Origin: Camelus ferus | Taxonomy: Eukaryota | Assembly (NCBI RefSeq): GCF_009834535.1 | Contig: NC_045697.1 | Coordinates: 51,400,001 to 51,464,000 of the forward strand | Direction of reading: 5' to 3' | Length of the DNA stretch: 64,000 nucleotides | Shown here: positions 39,436-52,813 of the stretch, in pieces | How the letters are laid out: every line of letters begins with the position of its first letter | Position numbering within the stretch: the first letter of the stretch is position 1 | Position numbers and translations under genes: made by a program | The notes under the pieces: generated by a model | Told to the model about the DNA's origin: nothing | Databases searched by the model: none | Seen by the model: only the letters and a program-made list of their open reading frames with translations

Positions 39436-39693
39436 GAGGCAGAGCCCTTGGTGTGGCCTCTTTTTATAAGCTGTACTTCTATTTATAAACTATCCATTAT
39501 GATAATGATATGTTTTAAGGATTTTTGTCCTCAAATCCTTTGAGCTATTAATTACATTAACAAGCTAACATTTGTAAAATATTCCCTCTTCCTCATCACT
39601 GTATTTAATGCCTGAAAGTGTTTTATACATTGTGTGGACTCAATAAATTATATTTCCAGGCAATCTGGAAAGTTGTTTTAACTCCAAAATGTG

Positions 39694-39696
<3 letters not shown>

Positions 39697-39746
<50 letters not shown>

Positions 39747-39788
39747 CTTTATACAGGTATATATATATCTTTATACAGGTGTATATAT
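39697..39788. repeat. (CA)n/(TA)n microsatellite followed by a tandem duplicate of atatatatatctttatacaggt
   Basis: Direct reading. Confidence 0.9.
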
Positions 39789-40079
39789 GAGTAAACATTC
39801 TATATATTTGTCATTATAAATTATGTGTTTAAAAACACTTGTATGGCTTTAAAATACTCAGATATTAAAGCATTACTCTACGAGAATAATTGCCACCTTT
39901 TATTTCCTTTCCAATCAGGATTCGTATATTGCTGTAATAATGGACATTTATGTGTTGCAATGAACTCTAAGGTCTTAGGGAAACACAAGAGAACTGATGT
40001 GGCTGAAAGGGAGATAAAGAAACAGTGACTTTAGATTTCCTCCAGCAGCACTTGTCAGACCACCTGAATAAGCATTCCG

Positions 40080-40320
40080 TGAAAACAAAACAAAACACAC
40101 AGGATTTTAAACTCAAGTAACTTTCGGAAATACAGTATATCATTCTTTTCCTGGTGATTCATGTCCCGTTAAAGTTGCCTGCAGTAGAGAAATCTGTTCA
40201 ACTTTGTTTAATCCAACATTTTCCAATCTTTGATGTGATTGTGAAAACCTTCTATTCAAGTTATACCTATTAATACCCACTGGAATTACTGTCCTGTGAC
40301 ACACACTCTGGGAAACCCTG
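40080..40320. mobile_element. hAT-Charlie MITE (MER112-like)
   Basis: ctttgtttaatccaacattttcc...acctattaat...acacactctgggaaaccctg. Confidence 0.55.
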
Positions 40321-40984
40321 TAATACAGGGACCAGAAACATGTAAAATCACTACTATTATTTAGTATTGACCTAGAATATCTAGTGTAGTTGGATAATAA
40401 TCAGAAATAAAACATACGATTTTTGGAAAGGGGAAGGAAAATTAGGACTTTTTACAGAATACAGAAAGTCTTATTTATCATGATGTCAAGACATTTATTT
40501 TGTCCCCCATTATATCTCTGGTGGCCAGAGTACCTGTGTAACACACAGATGCTCAATAAACACTTGGTGGCAGGAAGGCTTGATGAAGAGAGGGAATCTC
40601 ATGAGAAACCATGCTCTGAGAAACATGCTGGGAGAGCTGTTCAAGAGCTGTGGCTGCATGAGCTTTCTGGACATTTGAACATACTGCACGTACTGTTTCT
40701 TCTCCAAATTTTCATTGTTTAGACTTTTGATATTTTTTAAAAGTCCAGTGATAGAAAATACGTGGACTTGCTAGCTATCAGTCCTTCTCAACGTAGTACT
40801 CCTGGCAACTACTACCAACTGACTGGAGTAGATGAGGGAGCTGAAACCCGATTGCCATCTATAATGTAGGACTTAGTATTCTGTTTTCCTGGTCAAATAA
40901 ACATAATTACTTTATAATCACCAGACTCATCTCCCTAGCATTATGTGAAGACAGATGGTTTACTTTTTTCTCCTCAAATACTGC

Positions 40985-41451
40985 TGTGGTGGTTTAAAAA
41001 TAATCACAAATTATTTGATATTTTTCTTTTTGATGGAGGGAAACTAATTGCCCTCCCATTGAGTATGGGCTGGAGTGGACTTAGTGAATCTCTTCTAATA
41101 AAAAGAATATAATGGAAATAACAGTGTGAGACTTTGGAGACTGGGTACAAAAGCACCGTGAATTCCTGCTTATTCTGCCTCCCTCCCTCTCTCTCTGTTT
41201 CTGTCTCTCAGATGATTCAGACATGTGCGTGAACCATCCAACAGCGGCTCCTCCAGCCCCAGTCAGGCCTTCAGGTGGGGCTGCAGCGTCTGCCAACATC
41301 ATAACTGCAGATCTATGAGAGACTCTCCTCTAGACCCACCCAGGTAATCCCTTATGAATTCCTGACTCTGAGCAGAAACTGAATAAAACTTACTGTTTAA
41401 ACCGCTTAAGTTTCAGAGTAATATTTAATGCATAAATGGATACCTAATACA
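40985..41451 (+). mobile_element. MLT1F/G-like MaLR solo LTR
   Basis: TGTGGTGGTTT...cctccagccccagtcaggccttcag...aattcctgac...ttaagtttcagagtaat...ctaatACA. Confidence 0.85.
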
Positions 41452-41597
41452 ACTACATTAAATTAAAAACTTTTAAAGGAATAAAACTCACTTGCAGCCC
41501 CTTTAAAAACCCACCTTCTCCTATTCCCAGTTTCACCACTTAGGTATTGCCAAGTTGGCAACTTATCCATCCATACCTGTCTTTTTTCCTTCTAAAG

Positions 41598-41918
41598 CAA
41601 AGATCAGAAAATCCTTTTTGCACAGGGCCAGACAGTAAATGGTTTAGGCCTTGTAGGCCATGTGGTCTCTGTCACAGCTACTCAGCTCTGCCCTTGCAAC
41701 ATGAAAGCAGCTGTAGACAATATTTAAATGAATGAGCGTGGCTGTGTTCTAATAAAAGTTTATTTATGGACACTGAAATTTGAATTTCACATAATATTCA
41801 CATCACGAAATGTTGTTTTTCTCTTGATTTTTTTTTGAAGCACTCAAAAATGTAAAAACTATTTTTAGCTTGTAGGTCACTTAAAACCAGGCAGTGGGCC
41901 AGAGTTTGCTGATTTCTG
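41598..41918 (+). mobile_element. MER58B-like hAT-Charlie MITE
   Basis: gggccagacagtaaat...gcagctgtagacaat...ggctgtgttctaataaaa...; 8-bp TSD ttctaaag (41590-41597) / tactaaag (41919-41926). Confidence 0.9.
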
Positions 41919-41929
41919 TACTAAAGTAA

Positions 41930-42330
41930 CAGAATTCTTTATATTTAGCTGACACATGGATGCCCAAAATAAAGACAACATTTTTTTCAGACAGTAACCG
42001 TGTAACCACGGTATAGTTAATGGGAAGTAGGTGGGCATGATATGTGCAAGTTCCGAGTCATGCTCCTAAAGGGAAGTGATGGACTCTCCCCGTTGGCTCC
42101 CTTTCTTTCACGTCTCACTGGCCTGACTGAAGATCATCTTGGACCATGTGGATGGCAGAAATGTCCTTGGTGTGGTGAAACAAATAGAAGGAGCCAGAAT
42201 TCCTGCCTCTGGACTGTGTGCAGTCGTACTGTCATGAGAATGAGAAATAAGACAACAATCGTTTTGTAAAGGGAACTCTGCTGTTCGGTTCTTTTCACAC
42301 TTCGCCAAATCTATATTCTAACTAATCCAG
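41930..42330 (+). mobile_element. MLT1J-like LTR fragment
   Basis: Decayed MaLR-like sequence (catcttggaccatgtggatg...gaaataagac...tattctaactaat). Confidence 0.5.
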
Positions 42331-44174
42331 CTGGCTAGACTTTGACTGACATCTCTAAGTGTAATGGCAGATTAATGTGTTGTACTTTCAAGAAGCACTG
42401 CAGACAGTGATTAATAGCTATGTGTGAAGTTAAAAAATTCGTTCTTGGTTCCTTATCAAGGTGGGATAGTATGGACGTAGGATAGTTTTAACTTTTTTTA
42501 AAACCAGAATTTCTAAATAGTTGCAGGTGTTTGCCTTTTCTTCTGATAGTTGATTTCATGCGTTTGAAAGTGAACAAATGTGTCTTTGTATTCCTTTTCT
42601 CCTACTTCTATGACACTTATGGCCAAGGGAGGAACATTATTAATTGGAAGAAACATAAACGATTTACTCCTCATAATCCCTGAGGAATTAATTCACATTG
42701 TCCTTTGTGGAGCTTGTTTATATAAATGAATGGACTTAAAATTCACCACCCTACCCCCTGCAAGTATCCCATGGTCCTATGAATTTTCTCATTCATATGA
42801 TAACTGAAAGAAATTGTAGTTACAAGGGACTTCCTTATCTTGTGAGCGTCTTTTATTTTCCACAGCAGAACTTGGGGGGTCCCAGGCTGTGAACAACAGT
42901 GAAAAAAGATCCCACAGTCTCAAAGTCTGGACACCACTATGAAAATCATCAGCCACCACTTGGCAGCACCAGAGGATCAGGCATTGTCCAAACAATTGTT
43001 TTGAGTTCTTGTGCTGACGCACAGTATTTCCCATTCATCTCTCTCCCCCTCTTTTTTCCCCCTTTTTCTCCCCGCCAAAAACCCAACTAGCTTTAAGTAG
43101 GCACAGTCTTCCAAGTCCTGGCTGCTAGTGTCCCCGAGAGATTTCAGGGCGAAGCAGTCTTGGCTGAGAGTTAGAGCCAGAGGCCGGCCAGTGAAGGGAA
43201 CAATGTCTGGGTTTTGAAAACAGCTGGAGCTTCAGAGGGAGAAAAGCAGCTTGGCGGATGAGGAAAGAATGTGCTTGTCACTTCAAGAGGCAAGAAACTT
43301 CGATTTCCCTCCTGCCTCTGCCAACAAGTGTTTATTGGAAAGGACAGAGTGGTGGTGATGGCAGGTGACTTTTGGTTTGGATTTTTATGGAATTTTTCAT
43401 GTTTATTTTACCTTTCCAAAGAGCAGATAAATGTACAAATCCCACAGTTAACTATTCTGAATTCTGATTGTGTTTTTATTGGATAAGTAAGTGTTGTTCC
43501 TCAAGAGTTATTTTTAAGAATGCCGCCCCTGGCGCATTTTGAAACTCTACTTGCTTTCCTTGCATGTAAGCTAATATTTGTTATAAGGATTTTTGGAGAA
43601 AAGTAGCAGAGGGTATTTAAATGGAAAGTGAAGGCCTGAGGGAGAAAAGATCCTGTTCTGAGAACATGAGACGGATTTACAGTTGGGGGAATCGGATGGG
43701 CCCACTTAGGCAAAATAGGAAAGTTTTACAGAAACCAAAGGTGAGCTTATGAAAATTTTGACGAAGTTGGGGGGAAAGTTTTTAAGATGTCTTATTCTTT
43801 GGTCATGTTTTGATTTCTTTCTGATTTCCTTGGATTCTTATGGAAATGGATATAACAACAGAGACTGTTTTCCCATTCTGAATTCCGTTTGTTAGACTTG
43901 GAAAGTATGACCTGATTTTAAGTATCACTTTTAAAATGAACAAAAAGACAGTCCAATATTAATATTCAAAAAATAATGTTACCTTTTAAAAATCCCTTTC
44001 TGAACTCCCAACATTTTTCCCTAATTTCAGAATTCTTTAATTGTACCTGTTGTTTTGGTTTTTGTTTTAATTTGACAGCAAGCATGTTAGTTGGATTTGG
44101 GGACATAAATGCATCTAAAAGTTAAAATGGGAAATCAGTAGAAGGATTGGGGAGAGAAAGATTATTTCTTGGGT

Positions 44175-44385
44175 TCTGCCTATGTGACAGGCCCCTTACT
44201 AGGTCCTTTCCCTGTTTGAATCTGTGAAGTAAGAATTATTATGCCCATTTTAAAGAAAGGAGACTGAGGCTCAGTAAGGGTCTTCATAGCTTGCCTAATA
44301 TTACCTGATATTCTTTAAAATGGTAAAGTCAAGTTGTCTGGATTTAAACATAGTTTTGATTCCGAAGTCCACTGTCTTCATTTTG
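44175..44385 (-). mobile_element. MIR SINE
   Basis: attattatgcccattttaaagaaaggagactgaggctcag. Confidence 0.75.
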
Positions 44386-46239
44386 TCCACCACCTAATAA
44401 AATCTGGGTTGATAATGTTTAAACTGATTAATCATTAAAAATGGATTGAGGTAACCTGTATATATTATTTAGGGCTCCTCTTTGACTAGTATGTTGTGAT
44501 TCTAGGTAATGAGACTTTGTTACAAGGATTCAAGAGACCACAGAGTCTTCAAACTATATAATTATTTTGCATCTCCAAATTTCCAAGACTGGAATTAATA
44601 CTTCCAGAGGGAAAAAATAATCTTCTGTGGTACATTGTTACTACCCACGGTGAAGTTCCTGGCCTGGCAAGGTTCATCAAACCACTTCAGACCTGATAGC
44701 TTCCTCCACATCCAAACTGTGTGGTGACCTGCCTTTAACTTGGGCCCTTTTCTCTGAGGTCAGAGCAGCAGCAGCTTCACAAGGCATATTTGGTGTGAAT
44801 CACGGCAACTTTTTTTTTTTCCAGAAAATGTCTCTTAGGGCTGCTGTTCTTACAAGGGGATTGTAAGCAAAGCAGGAACTTGGATTTCATGCTCTTTCCC
44901 AGCACAAGTATGAAGAAAAAGCTGATATAAAGAAGTCAATGTAAGAAAGTCAGTGGACCTTAGGGAATATCCTGGGAACGACAGTCTTTATTCACCAGCA
45001 TCAGGAGCATCTTGAATGTGTTGACACGTGTTTTTTGTGTGTCCACTTTGTACTGACCATGGTGAGAATATTAAAAATATTTTTAGAATCTAAAAACACT
45101 CAGCTCTGAGAGATCACTAATTTGCTTTGCTGTGTTTACAAATACAGTAAATTCAACTCAAACACGGCTTAAGGAATGTCTCAACCGTTATGGAAATGTA
45201 GAAGTATTTCTTACAATCTAAAATATTTATAATTAATCAAAACTGCTATTCCCCAAGAATTCTGAGTAATCAGTATCTGTCCTTTGTGAGTTTCAGATGG
45301 AGAATCATTTGCACAATGACATATCAGGGTTGTTCAATAAACTTTCTTCTAAATCTTTAGTATGATGTGAGGTGTAAGTGAGAAATGTGCATTAAATAGT
45401 CATAGCAATGATTGTTATGAATTCCAAGTGGGGACTGCATGTTCTAATTCCCAAGAATTGAGAGGTCATATTTTTATATTATTGTTTTGTATAATAAAAC
45501 CTAAAGCCAGCTGCACATGTTTGGCAATTTAGAAATTTCAATTAACTAATGCGTGGTAATAATACTGACCTGTTTCTCCTAAGGATTAAATAAGTGGAAA
45601 TTTTACTTTACAACTGCTTTTTAAAATAGCATATTCTCATGTAGAACCAATACTATAAGTATAAAAGAACCTTACTATTAAGTCAGTTGGATGAAACATG
45701 TAAAAAGTTTTGTCTCTTGGGCAGCACTCTCCGTATAGGGCAAAGTGGATCAGAATAGTTGTCCAGGTGGTGCTACGTCATAAGCCCTGCACTGCTGTTG
45801 TCTTTATTATAAAATTGACTATATCTTAATAGACATACTTTTTTGTGTCTAAAATTGAAGAACTTCTAGGTATTGCACTCTGATATTTTAGTGGTTCACT
45901 AAATAAATTATTAAATAGGAGAATGTTTATTAAGGGGTAATTTTAAAATGATTTCCTAGTTTGAGTATATCATTCTCAATAGCTTAAAGATTCATGTATT
46001 TAAAATTAAAGAACAACTGGATAGAAACATTGTTTGGACATATTGATTGGTCAATATGCCAAGTCTGGACTTTTCTAGGAGGGACTCTGGGCTACCACTG
46101 AGCATGGTCTGGCCTCACCTTTTGGCTCAGTTTTGTTGGTGTTTAGTTGCCTGGCATCAGGGAGACTAAACAGCTTAGCACATCTGCCTCTATGCACAGC
46201 AGTTTAGCTTTATGTAATGCTTCAGCAATTTGGCAGAGA

Positions 46240-46460
46240 GGTCAATCACACAGGTTGCTGGAGACAGACTCCTTGATGAAAACCTGGCTTTGCTTTTTAC
46301 TGGATTTTGACATTAGTCAAGTTTTCTGACCTCTGTGAGTCTCAGTGTCATCATCTGAAAAAACCAGGAAAATAACAGTACCTCATATGAAGCATGAATG
46401 AAATGATGGTTGTCCAGCACTTGTCCCAGTTCCTGGCAATTCTAGACTCAGTAAACGTCA
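46240..46460 (+). mobile_element. MIR SINE
   Basis: ctggagacagac...tgacctctgtgagtctcagtgtcatcatctgaaaaa. Confidence 0.65.
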
Positions 46461-46824
46461 GGTGTCATGGTTGCTGTTGATGATACTGTTACTGTTGTAG
46501 TTCTTCATCTGTTTATTACTATCATGAGTATTTTTATCATATAAACCAGAAAGTTAATATATAAATCTATAATGAAACATGGTTTAGTGCCTAGAATGCT
46601 TGTGTAACTTCTCAATAGTACTTCATTTCTTGGCTTAAAGACAATCTGTATATAAAAAGTTGCCTGGTTAATAAAGGCAAAAGATCAGTTTATAAACAAA
46701 TTAAAGCATCAATTTTTTTTTTTTTTTTACTTTTAGCTGGAATGAACTCATCTTACTATAGTAGTCTCTGATTACCTCTGCTGATAGAATGCTGATTGGT
46801 TAGTATATTTATCTTTGATTAATT

Positions 46825-47244
46825 CTTTCTGTTGAGGTGAAATTCACATAACATAAAATAAACCATTTTAAAAGGTACAATTCATTGGCATTTGCTACAT
46901 TCACAGAGTTGTGCAAACACTCCATCTATATAGTTACAAAACACTTTCATCACCCTAAACAAAACCTCATACCCATAAGTCAGTCATTCCTCATTTTCCG
47001 CTCCCCCAGCCCCTGACAACCACCAATTTGCTTTCTGTCTTTATGGATTTACCTATTTTGGGTACTTCACATAAATTGAGTCGTACAATATGTGACCTTT
47101 TATGTGTGGCTTCTTTCACTTAGCCTAATATTTTTGAGGTTCATCCACAGTGTAGCATTTATCAGTACTTCATTCCTTTTTATGGCTGAGCACTATTCCA
47201 TATATGTATATGCCATATTTTGTTTATCCATTCATCTGTTGATG
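46825..47244 (-). mobile_element. L1MB-type 3' end
   Basis: tgaggtgaaattcacataacataaaa...cccccagcccctgacaaccacc; perfect 14-bp TSD atctttgattaatt at 46811-46824 and 47245-47258. Confidence 0.9.
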
Positions 47245-48277
47245 ATCTTTGATTAATTTGTTTAATTGGAAGATTACTTACATACAGCCCAATAGAAAAA
47301 TACTTTCAACATGGAATTCAAAAGGGAAAATGTTAGGGTCACGAGACATAAACTCTACATTTATCTAGCAACCACTGGATCTCCAATGACTAGTACAGAA
47401 CATGGTACATAGTAGGCACTCAACAGATATTTACTGCATGAGTGAATGAATAAACCACTGTGATATGATGTTAAGAAAAACTGACTTATATAGAGAATAA
47501 GTGTTTTCCATTGTGCAAATCCATCTGAAAGGCAGAGGGCATGGGAGCTCACTGATGGAGTCCACCCAGGTTAATCATAAGGGCACAGAGCAGAATGAAG
47601 AAGAGTGGGTCTGGAGGGTTGAATTGAGAAAGCCAACTCATGTACTGAGAATAACTCAGGTCATAAGTGGGAAAATGCATGCATCTCTTATCTTATTCAG
47701 GGCTATATAAGAATGAGTGTTAAATATCATAGATATATACCCCATAGTTATGCTGTCCCTCCTTAAACCTTTGATAGTCTGGTTTATATTATTCTTTATA
47801 ATATAAAGGGTTACATAATAGCATATAAAAACTAATGATTTTGATGAATATAAAGTTACATTTGTGGAAACTGGGGACATTTAAGACCCACAGAGTGACA
47901 GTAATGCTGATCTTTAAGAAAAAATGAAACTTGTCACACTATGTACATCATATGTCTGAGATCTGGTTGCAAAGAAGCAAAATGAAATTAGTAGAAATTT
48001 TGCTAGTTTAAGGTCTGGGAAAAGATCTTGTGCTGAATGAACTTACTACACATTTGCAAACATAAATCAGCCTTAAGATATAATTTTCCTTGAATGGTTA
48101 AAGAAAAGAATTTTCTTGTTAGCCTGTTTTATGAGCAAAATCAGAATACTTTCACCACCCAAAGCACCATTTCGTTATTCTGAAGATTGTAATGAATTTT
48201 CTCTGCTTCAGAATTGCTTTATGTCTCACATGCTGTAATTTTTTTAAGCTGGGAGTAGTTTCATGATGCTTTTATTT

Positions 48278-48407
48278 TATCTTATTTTGGTGGGGGGAAT
48301 AATTAGGATTGATTGATTGATTGATTGATAATGGAGGTACTGGGGGTTGAACCCAGGACCTTGTGCATGCCAGGCATTCTCTCTATCACTGAGCTATACC
48401 CACCCCC
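48278..48407 (-). mobile_element. Vic-1-type SINE
   Basis: Antisense tRNA-Ala-like head, (GATT)n linker; 17-bp TSD tcatgatgcttttattt at 48261-48277 and 48408-48424. Confidence 0.9.
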
Positions 48408-48734
48408 TCATGATGCTTTTATTTGGCTAGCTTAATTCAAGATTTAAACATAAATGCTTATATATAATTTTTCATAGGTTTTTGATTTGTAGACTGCTAG
48501 GAATTAGATGCAGTCTCTATGTAGAACACTGGCATTTTATTGAAGGATATAGAAAAGTAAGAGTTTGAGACTGAGAAACATACCTGAGTAAAAGACAAGA
48601 AAATAATATATGGGAAATGGCTAAAGATATGGATATAACTTAAAGAAGGGGTGTTTGAAGAAGAATTATTATGGAAAAATGCTAATGAACTAGATCTTTC
48701 TCTTTATTAAGGACACAGGATAGTGAACTCAGTG

Positions 48735-48970
48735 AATGTGAGTTAAGGATATGAATACAGGAGTCAAAAAGACTTGGGTTAGAGTCCCCTCTCCAAACAC
48801 TTGCTAGTAGACTGTCACTTTGAGAAGATTCCTTAACTTCTCTGACCTTTAGTTTTCCCATATGAAAAATACAGATACAGTAATTACCTTATCAGGTTGT
48901 TGGAAGGATTAAATGAGCTTAGATTTTGCACCCTGGTGCACTGTAAATATCCAATAAATGTAAGCTACTT
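48735..48970 (+). mobile_element. MIR SINE
   Basis: gagttaagga...ggagtcaaaaagacttgggtt...cttaacttctctgacc...ggttgttggaaggattaaatgag. Confidence 0.8.
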
Positions 48971-49319
48971 TTATTGTTCAGAGTCAAGGACATTTAAATA
49001 TTGAAGTGAATCATCAAAGGAGTAAAACCTCTCATCAGGAGCAATTGAGAATATGACAGGGTCATCTCTGTCTGCAAGCAACATTCTTCTCCAGATGATC
49101 CATTTATGTAGTTTTCTGGTCCACAATCCTAGAAGTAAACTATAAATAAGGAGCAGCTGTTTCAAAAAATCCTTTTTATACTCTTTCAGTGTTGGCTTGC
49201 TATCTCTGGGAAGGAAATTTTTGCTATTAAAATTTCATGTTTGTCACTCTCAAAATGGATTGGAATCAGAGCTTGGCTGCTGATGGGACTCAACTGAAGC
49301 TTCCAGTTGGAAGTCAGTG

Positions 49320-49760
49320 CCTGAGGCATGTGCTGCTGTTGGTGCCCTGCTCTCATCCCTCAGGCAAGCCTCACCACCTCTGTGAGACCAGCCAGATCTG
49401 CCTGATATTTTCCTCTGAGCCAAGCGTGTCCACTTTGCCTGGGCATGTGACATGTAGAAGGTCCAGGGAATTGGCACTCCAGGAGCAGCCCTCACCAGTG
49501 ACTGTTGGAGTTGGTGGATGAGTTCTTGAACTTCTTTTCTTCTTGGGTAAGAAAATTCTCATTTACACTGTTTTCCCATGGGACCCCATCCCAGTCACCC
49601 ATGTGGGACTGACTTGATAATTCACCTTTATTGGCTGCTTCCTCTTCTTGGCTCCCTTCCTTTACTCTCCCTCAGTGTTTGGGATCACCTCTCAAGTAAA
49701 TTGCTTGCATTAAAAATCCTTGTTTCAGAGTCTACTTTGGGGGGAGCCAAGTTGGGGCAG
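49320..49760 (+). mobile_element. LTR16-like ERVL LTR
   Basis: ggagcagccctcaccagtgac...tgggatcacctctcaagtaaattgcttgca...aatccttgtttcagagtctactttgggggga. Confidence 0.75.
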
Positions 49761-49984
49761 GGTGTCAGTGGCTTTATTTGATAATTTATGTATTTATTTT
49801 TCCAGCTTAAGATATAATTGACATAAAATTGTGTAAGATTAAGGTATAAAATGTATTGATTTGAAACACATGTATATTGCATCTTTCATGTTTTCACCAC
49901 AATACAGATTATAAGAGATTTGTTGGGAATGGGAAAGGATGGGATTTATGGGGTGATTGGAAAGATAAGTGTCCATTCATTTTC

Positions 49985-50386
49985 TTTTTTTTATTAAATT
50001 GAAGTACAGTCAATTACAATGTATCAATTTCTGATGTACAGCACAAAGTCCCAGTCTTGCATTACATACACATATTCATTTTCATAATTTTTTCTTCTTC
50101 CATTAAAGGTTACTACAAGATATTGAGCACAGTTCCCTGTGCTATACAAAAGAAAAACTTTTAAAATCTATTTTTATATATGGTGGCTAATATTCATAAA
50201 TATCAAACTCCCAAATGTATCCCCTCCCACCTGCTTTCCCCGGTAACCGTAAGATTGTTTACTAAGTCTGAAAAATCTGTTTCTGTTTTGTAGGTGAGTT
50301 CATAGTGTCCTTTTGTGTTTTGGGGTTTTTTTTAGATTCCACATATGAGTGATATCATATGGTATTTTTCTTTCTCTTTCTGGCCC
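49985..50386 (-). mobile_element. Camelid-type L1 3' UTR
   Basis: Same 3'UTR family as the other copies; TSD ttcattttc at 49976-49984 and 50387-50395. Confidence 0.9.
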
Positions 50387-50417
50387 TTCATTTTCAGTAT
50401 AAGCATCTAATTTAATA

Positions 50418-52811
50418 CAGGCACATCTTGTTGGCATTGCAGGTTTGGTTTCAGACAACCACAATAAAGCAAACATAGCAGTAAAGCAAGTCAGATGAAT
50501 TTTTTGGTTTCCCAGTGCATATAAAAGTTATGTTATACTATACTGTAGTCTATTAAGTGTGCAATAGCATTATGTCTAAAAATAATATACATACCTTACT
50601 TAAAAAATTCTTTATTGCTAAAGAATTCCAACCATCGTCTGACCTTCAGCAAGTCCTAATATTTTTCCTGGTGACGGTCTTGCCTCAATGTTGATGGCTG
50701 CTAACTGATCAGGGTTGTGGTTGCTGAAGATTGGGGTGGCTGTAGCAATTTCATAAAATAAGACAACAATGAAGTTTGCTGCATCAGTTGACTCTTCCTT
50801 TCATGAATAATTTCTCTGTAGCATTCAATGCTGTTTGACAGCATTTTACCCAGATTAGAACTTCTTTCAAAATTGGAGTCAGTCCTTTCAAATCCTGCCA
50901 CTGCTTTATCAACTAAGTTTATGAAATATTCTAAATCTTTTCTTATCATGTCAATAATCTTCACAGCATCATTACCCGAAGTAGATTCCACCTCAAGAAA
51001 TCACTTTCTTTGCCCATCTGTAAGAAGCAACTCCTTATCCTTTAAAATTTTATCATGAGACTGTAGCAATTCAGGCACGTCTTCAGGCTCAACTTCTAAT
51101 TCTGATTCTCTTGCTATTACCACCACATTTGCAGTTACTTCCTCCACTGAAGTCTTGAACCCTCAGAGTCATCAATGAGGGCTGGAATCAACTTCTTCCA
51201 AATTCTTGTTAACCTTGATATTTTAACCTCGATATTTTAACTTCTTTTCAGGAATCACAAATGTTCTTAATGGCATCCAGAATGGTGAATCCTTTCTGGA
51301 AAGCTTTCAATTAACTTTGTCCAGATCCATCAGAGGAATCACTATGGCAGGTTAGCCTTATGAAATTTATTATTTAAATAATAAGATTTGACAGCCAAAA
51401 TTACTCCTTGACCCACAGGATGAAGAATGGATGTTTTGTTAACAGGCTTGAAAACAACATCAATCTTGTTGTAACACTTTCATTAGAGCTCTTGCATGAT
51501 GAGATGCATTATCAATGAGCAGTAGTATTTTGAAAGGCATTTTTTTCTAAGCAGTAGATCTCAACAGAGGGCTTAAAATATTCAATAAATCATGTTGTCA
51601 GCAGATGTGCTGTCATCCAGGCTTTGTTATTCCATTTATAGAGCACAGGCAGAGTAGCTTTAGCATAATTCTTAAGGGCACTAAAGTTTTTGGAATGGTA
51701 AATGAACATGGGCTTCTGCTTAAAGTCACCAGCTGCATCAGCTGCTGACAAGAGAGTTAGCCTGTCCTTTGAAGCTTTGAAGCCAGGCATTGACTTTGCT
51801 CTCTAGCTATGAAAGTGCTAGATGGTGTCCTCCTCCAATAGAAGGCTGTTTTATCTACATTGAAAAATCTGTTGTTTAGTGCAGTGTCCTTCGTGAATGG
51901 TCTGAGCTAGATCTTCTGGATGACTCGCTGCAGCTTCTACATCAGCACTGGCTGCTTCACGCTGCGCTTTCATGTTACGGAGACGGCTTCTTCCCTGCAA
52001 CCTCATGAACCAACCTCTGCTGGCTTCAGACTTCCCTCTGCAGCTTCCTCACCTCTCTCAGCCTTCACAGAACTGAAGAGAGTTGCTCTAGATTAGGTTT
52101 TGGCTAAAGGGAATGTTGTGGCTGGTTTGATCTTTCATCCAGACCACTAAAACTTTCTCCATATCAGCCATAAAGCTGTTTTGCTTTCTTATCATTTGCA
52201 TGTTCACTGGAGTAGTACTTTTAATTTCCTTCAAGAACTTTTCCTTTGCATTTACAACTTGGCTAAGTGTTTGGCACAGAAGGACTAACTTTGGCCTATG
52301 TAGGCTTTCAACATGCCTTCCTCACTAAGCTTAGTCATTTCTAGCTTTTGCTTTAAAGTGAGAGACATGTGACCCTTCCTTTCACTTGGACACTTAGAGG
52401 TCACTGTAGAGTTATTAGTTAGCCTAATTTCAATATTGTTGTATCTCAGGGGATAGGGAGGTCTGAGGAGAGGGAGGGAGATGGGGAAACAGTCAGTGGA
52501 AGAGTCAAAACACACAGTTATTGATTGGATTCACCATCTCATGTAAGTGCAGTTCATGGCACACCAAAATAATTACAGTTGTAACATCAAAGATCACTGA
52601 TCACAGATCACCATAACAAATGTAATGAAAAAGTTTGAAATACTGTGGGAATTACCAAAATGTGACACAGAGACTACAAAGTGAGCAAATGCTGTTAGAA
52701 AAATAGCAGTGATAGACTTGCTTGATGCATAGTTGCCACAAACCTTTAATTTGTTAAAACACAGCATCTGTCAAACAGTAAAGTGAAGCACAATAAAGTA
52801 AGGCATGCCTG
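50418..52811 (-). mobile_element. Tigger1 (pogo-family) DNA transposon, essentially full length, transposase decayed
   Basis: TA on both sides; TIRs caggcacatctt / aaggcatgcctg; ORF fragments [29 protein letters not shown]...[10 protein letters not shown] and [27 protein letters not shown]. Confidence 0.95.
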
Positions 52812-52813
52812 TA

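Noticed and set aside
42789..43090. Overlapping ORFs MGNTVRQ... (minus) and KKDPTVS... (plus)
   Set aside because: No recognisable homology and no convincing splice boundaries; kept only as part of a candidate regulatory block.
50701..52515. TIGD1-like domesticated transposase gene
   Set aside because: The coding sequence is split by stops and frameshifts and sits within TIRs: a fossil Tigger1.
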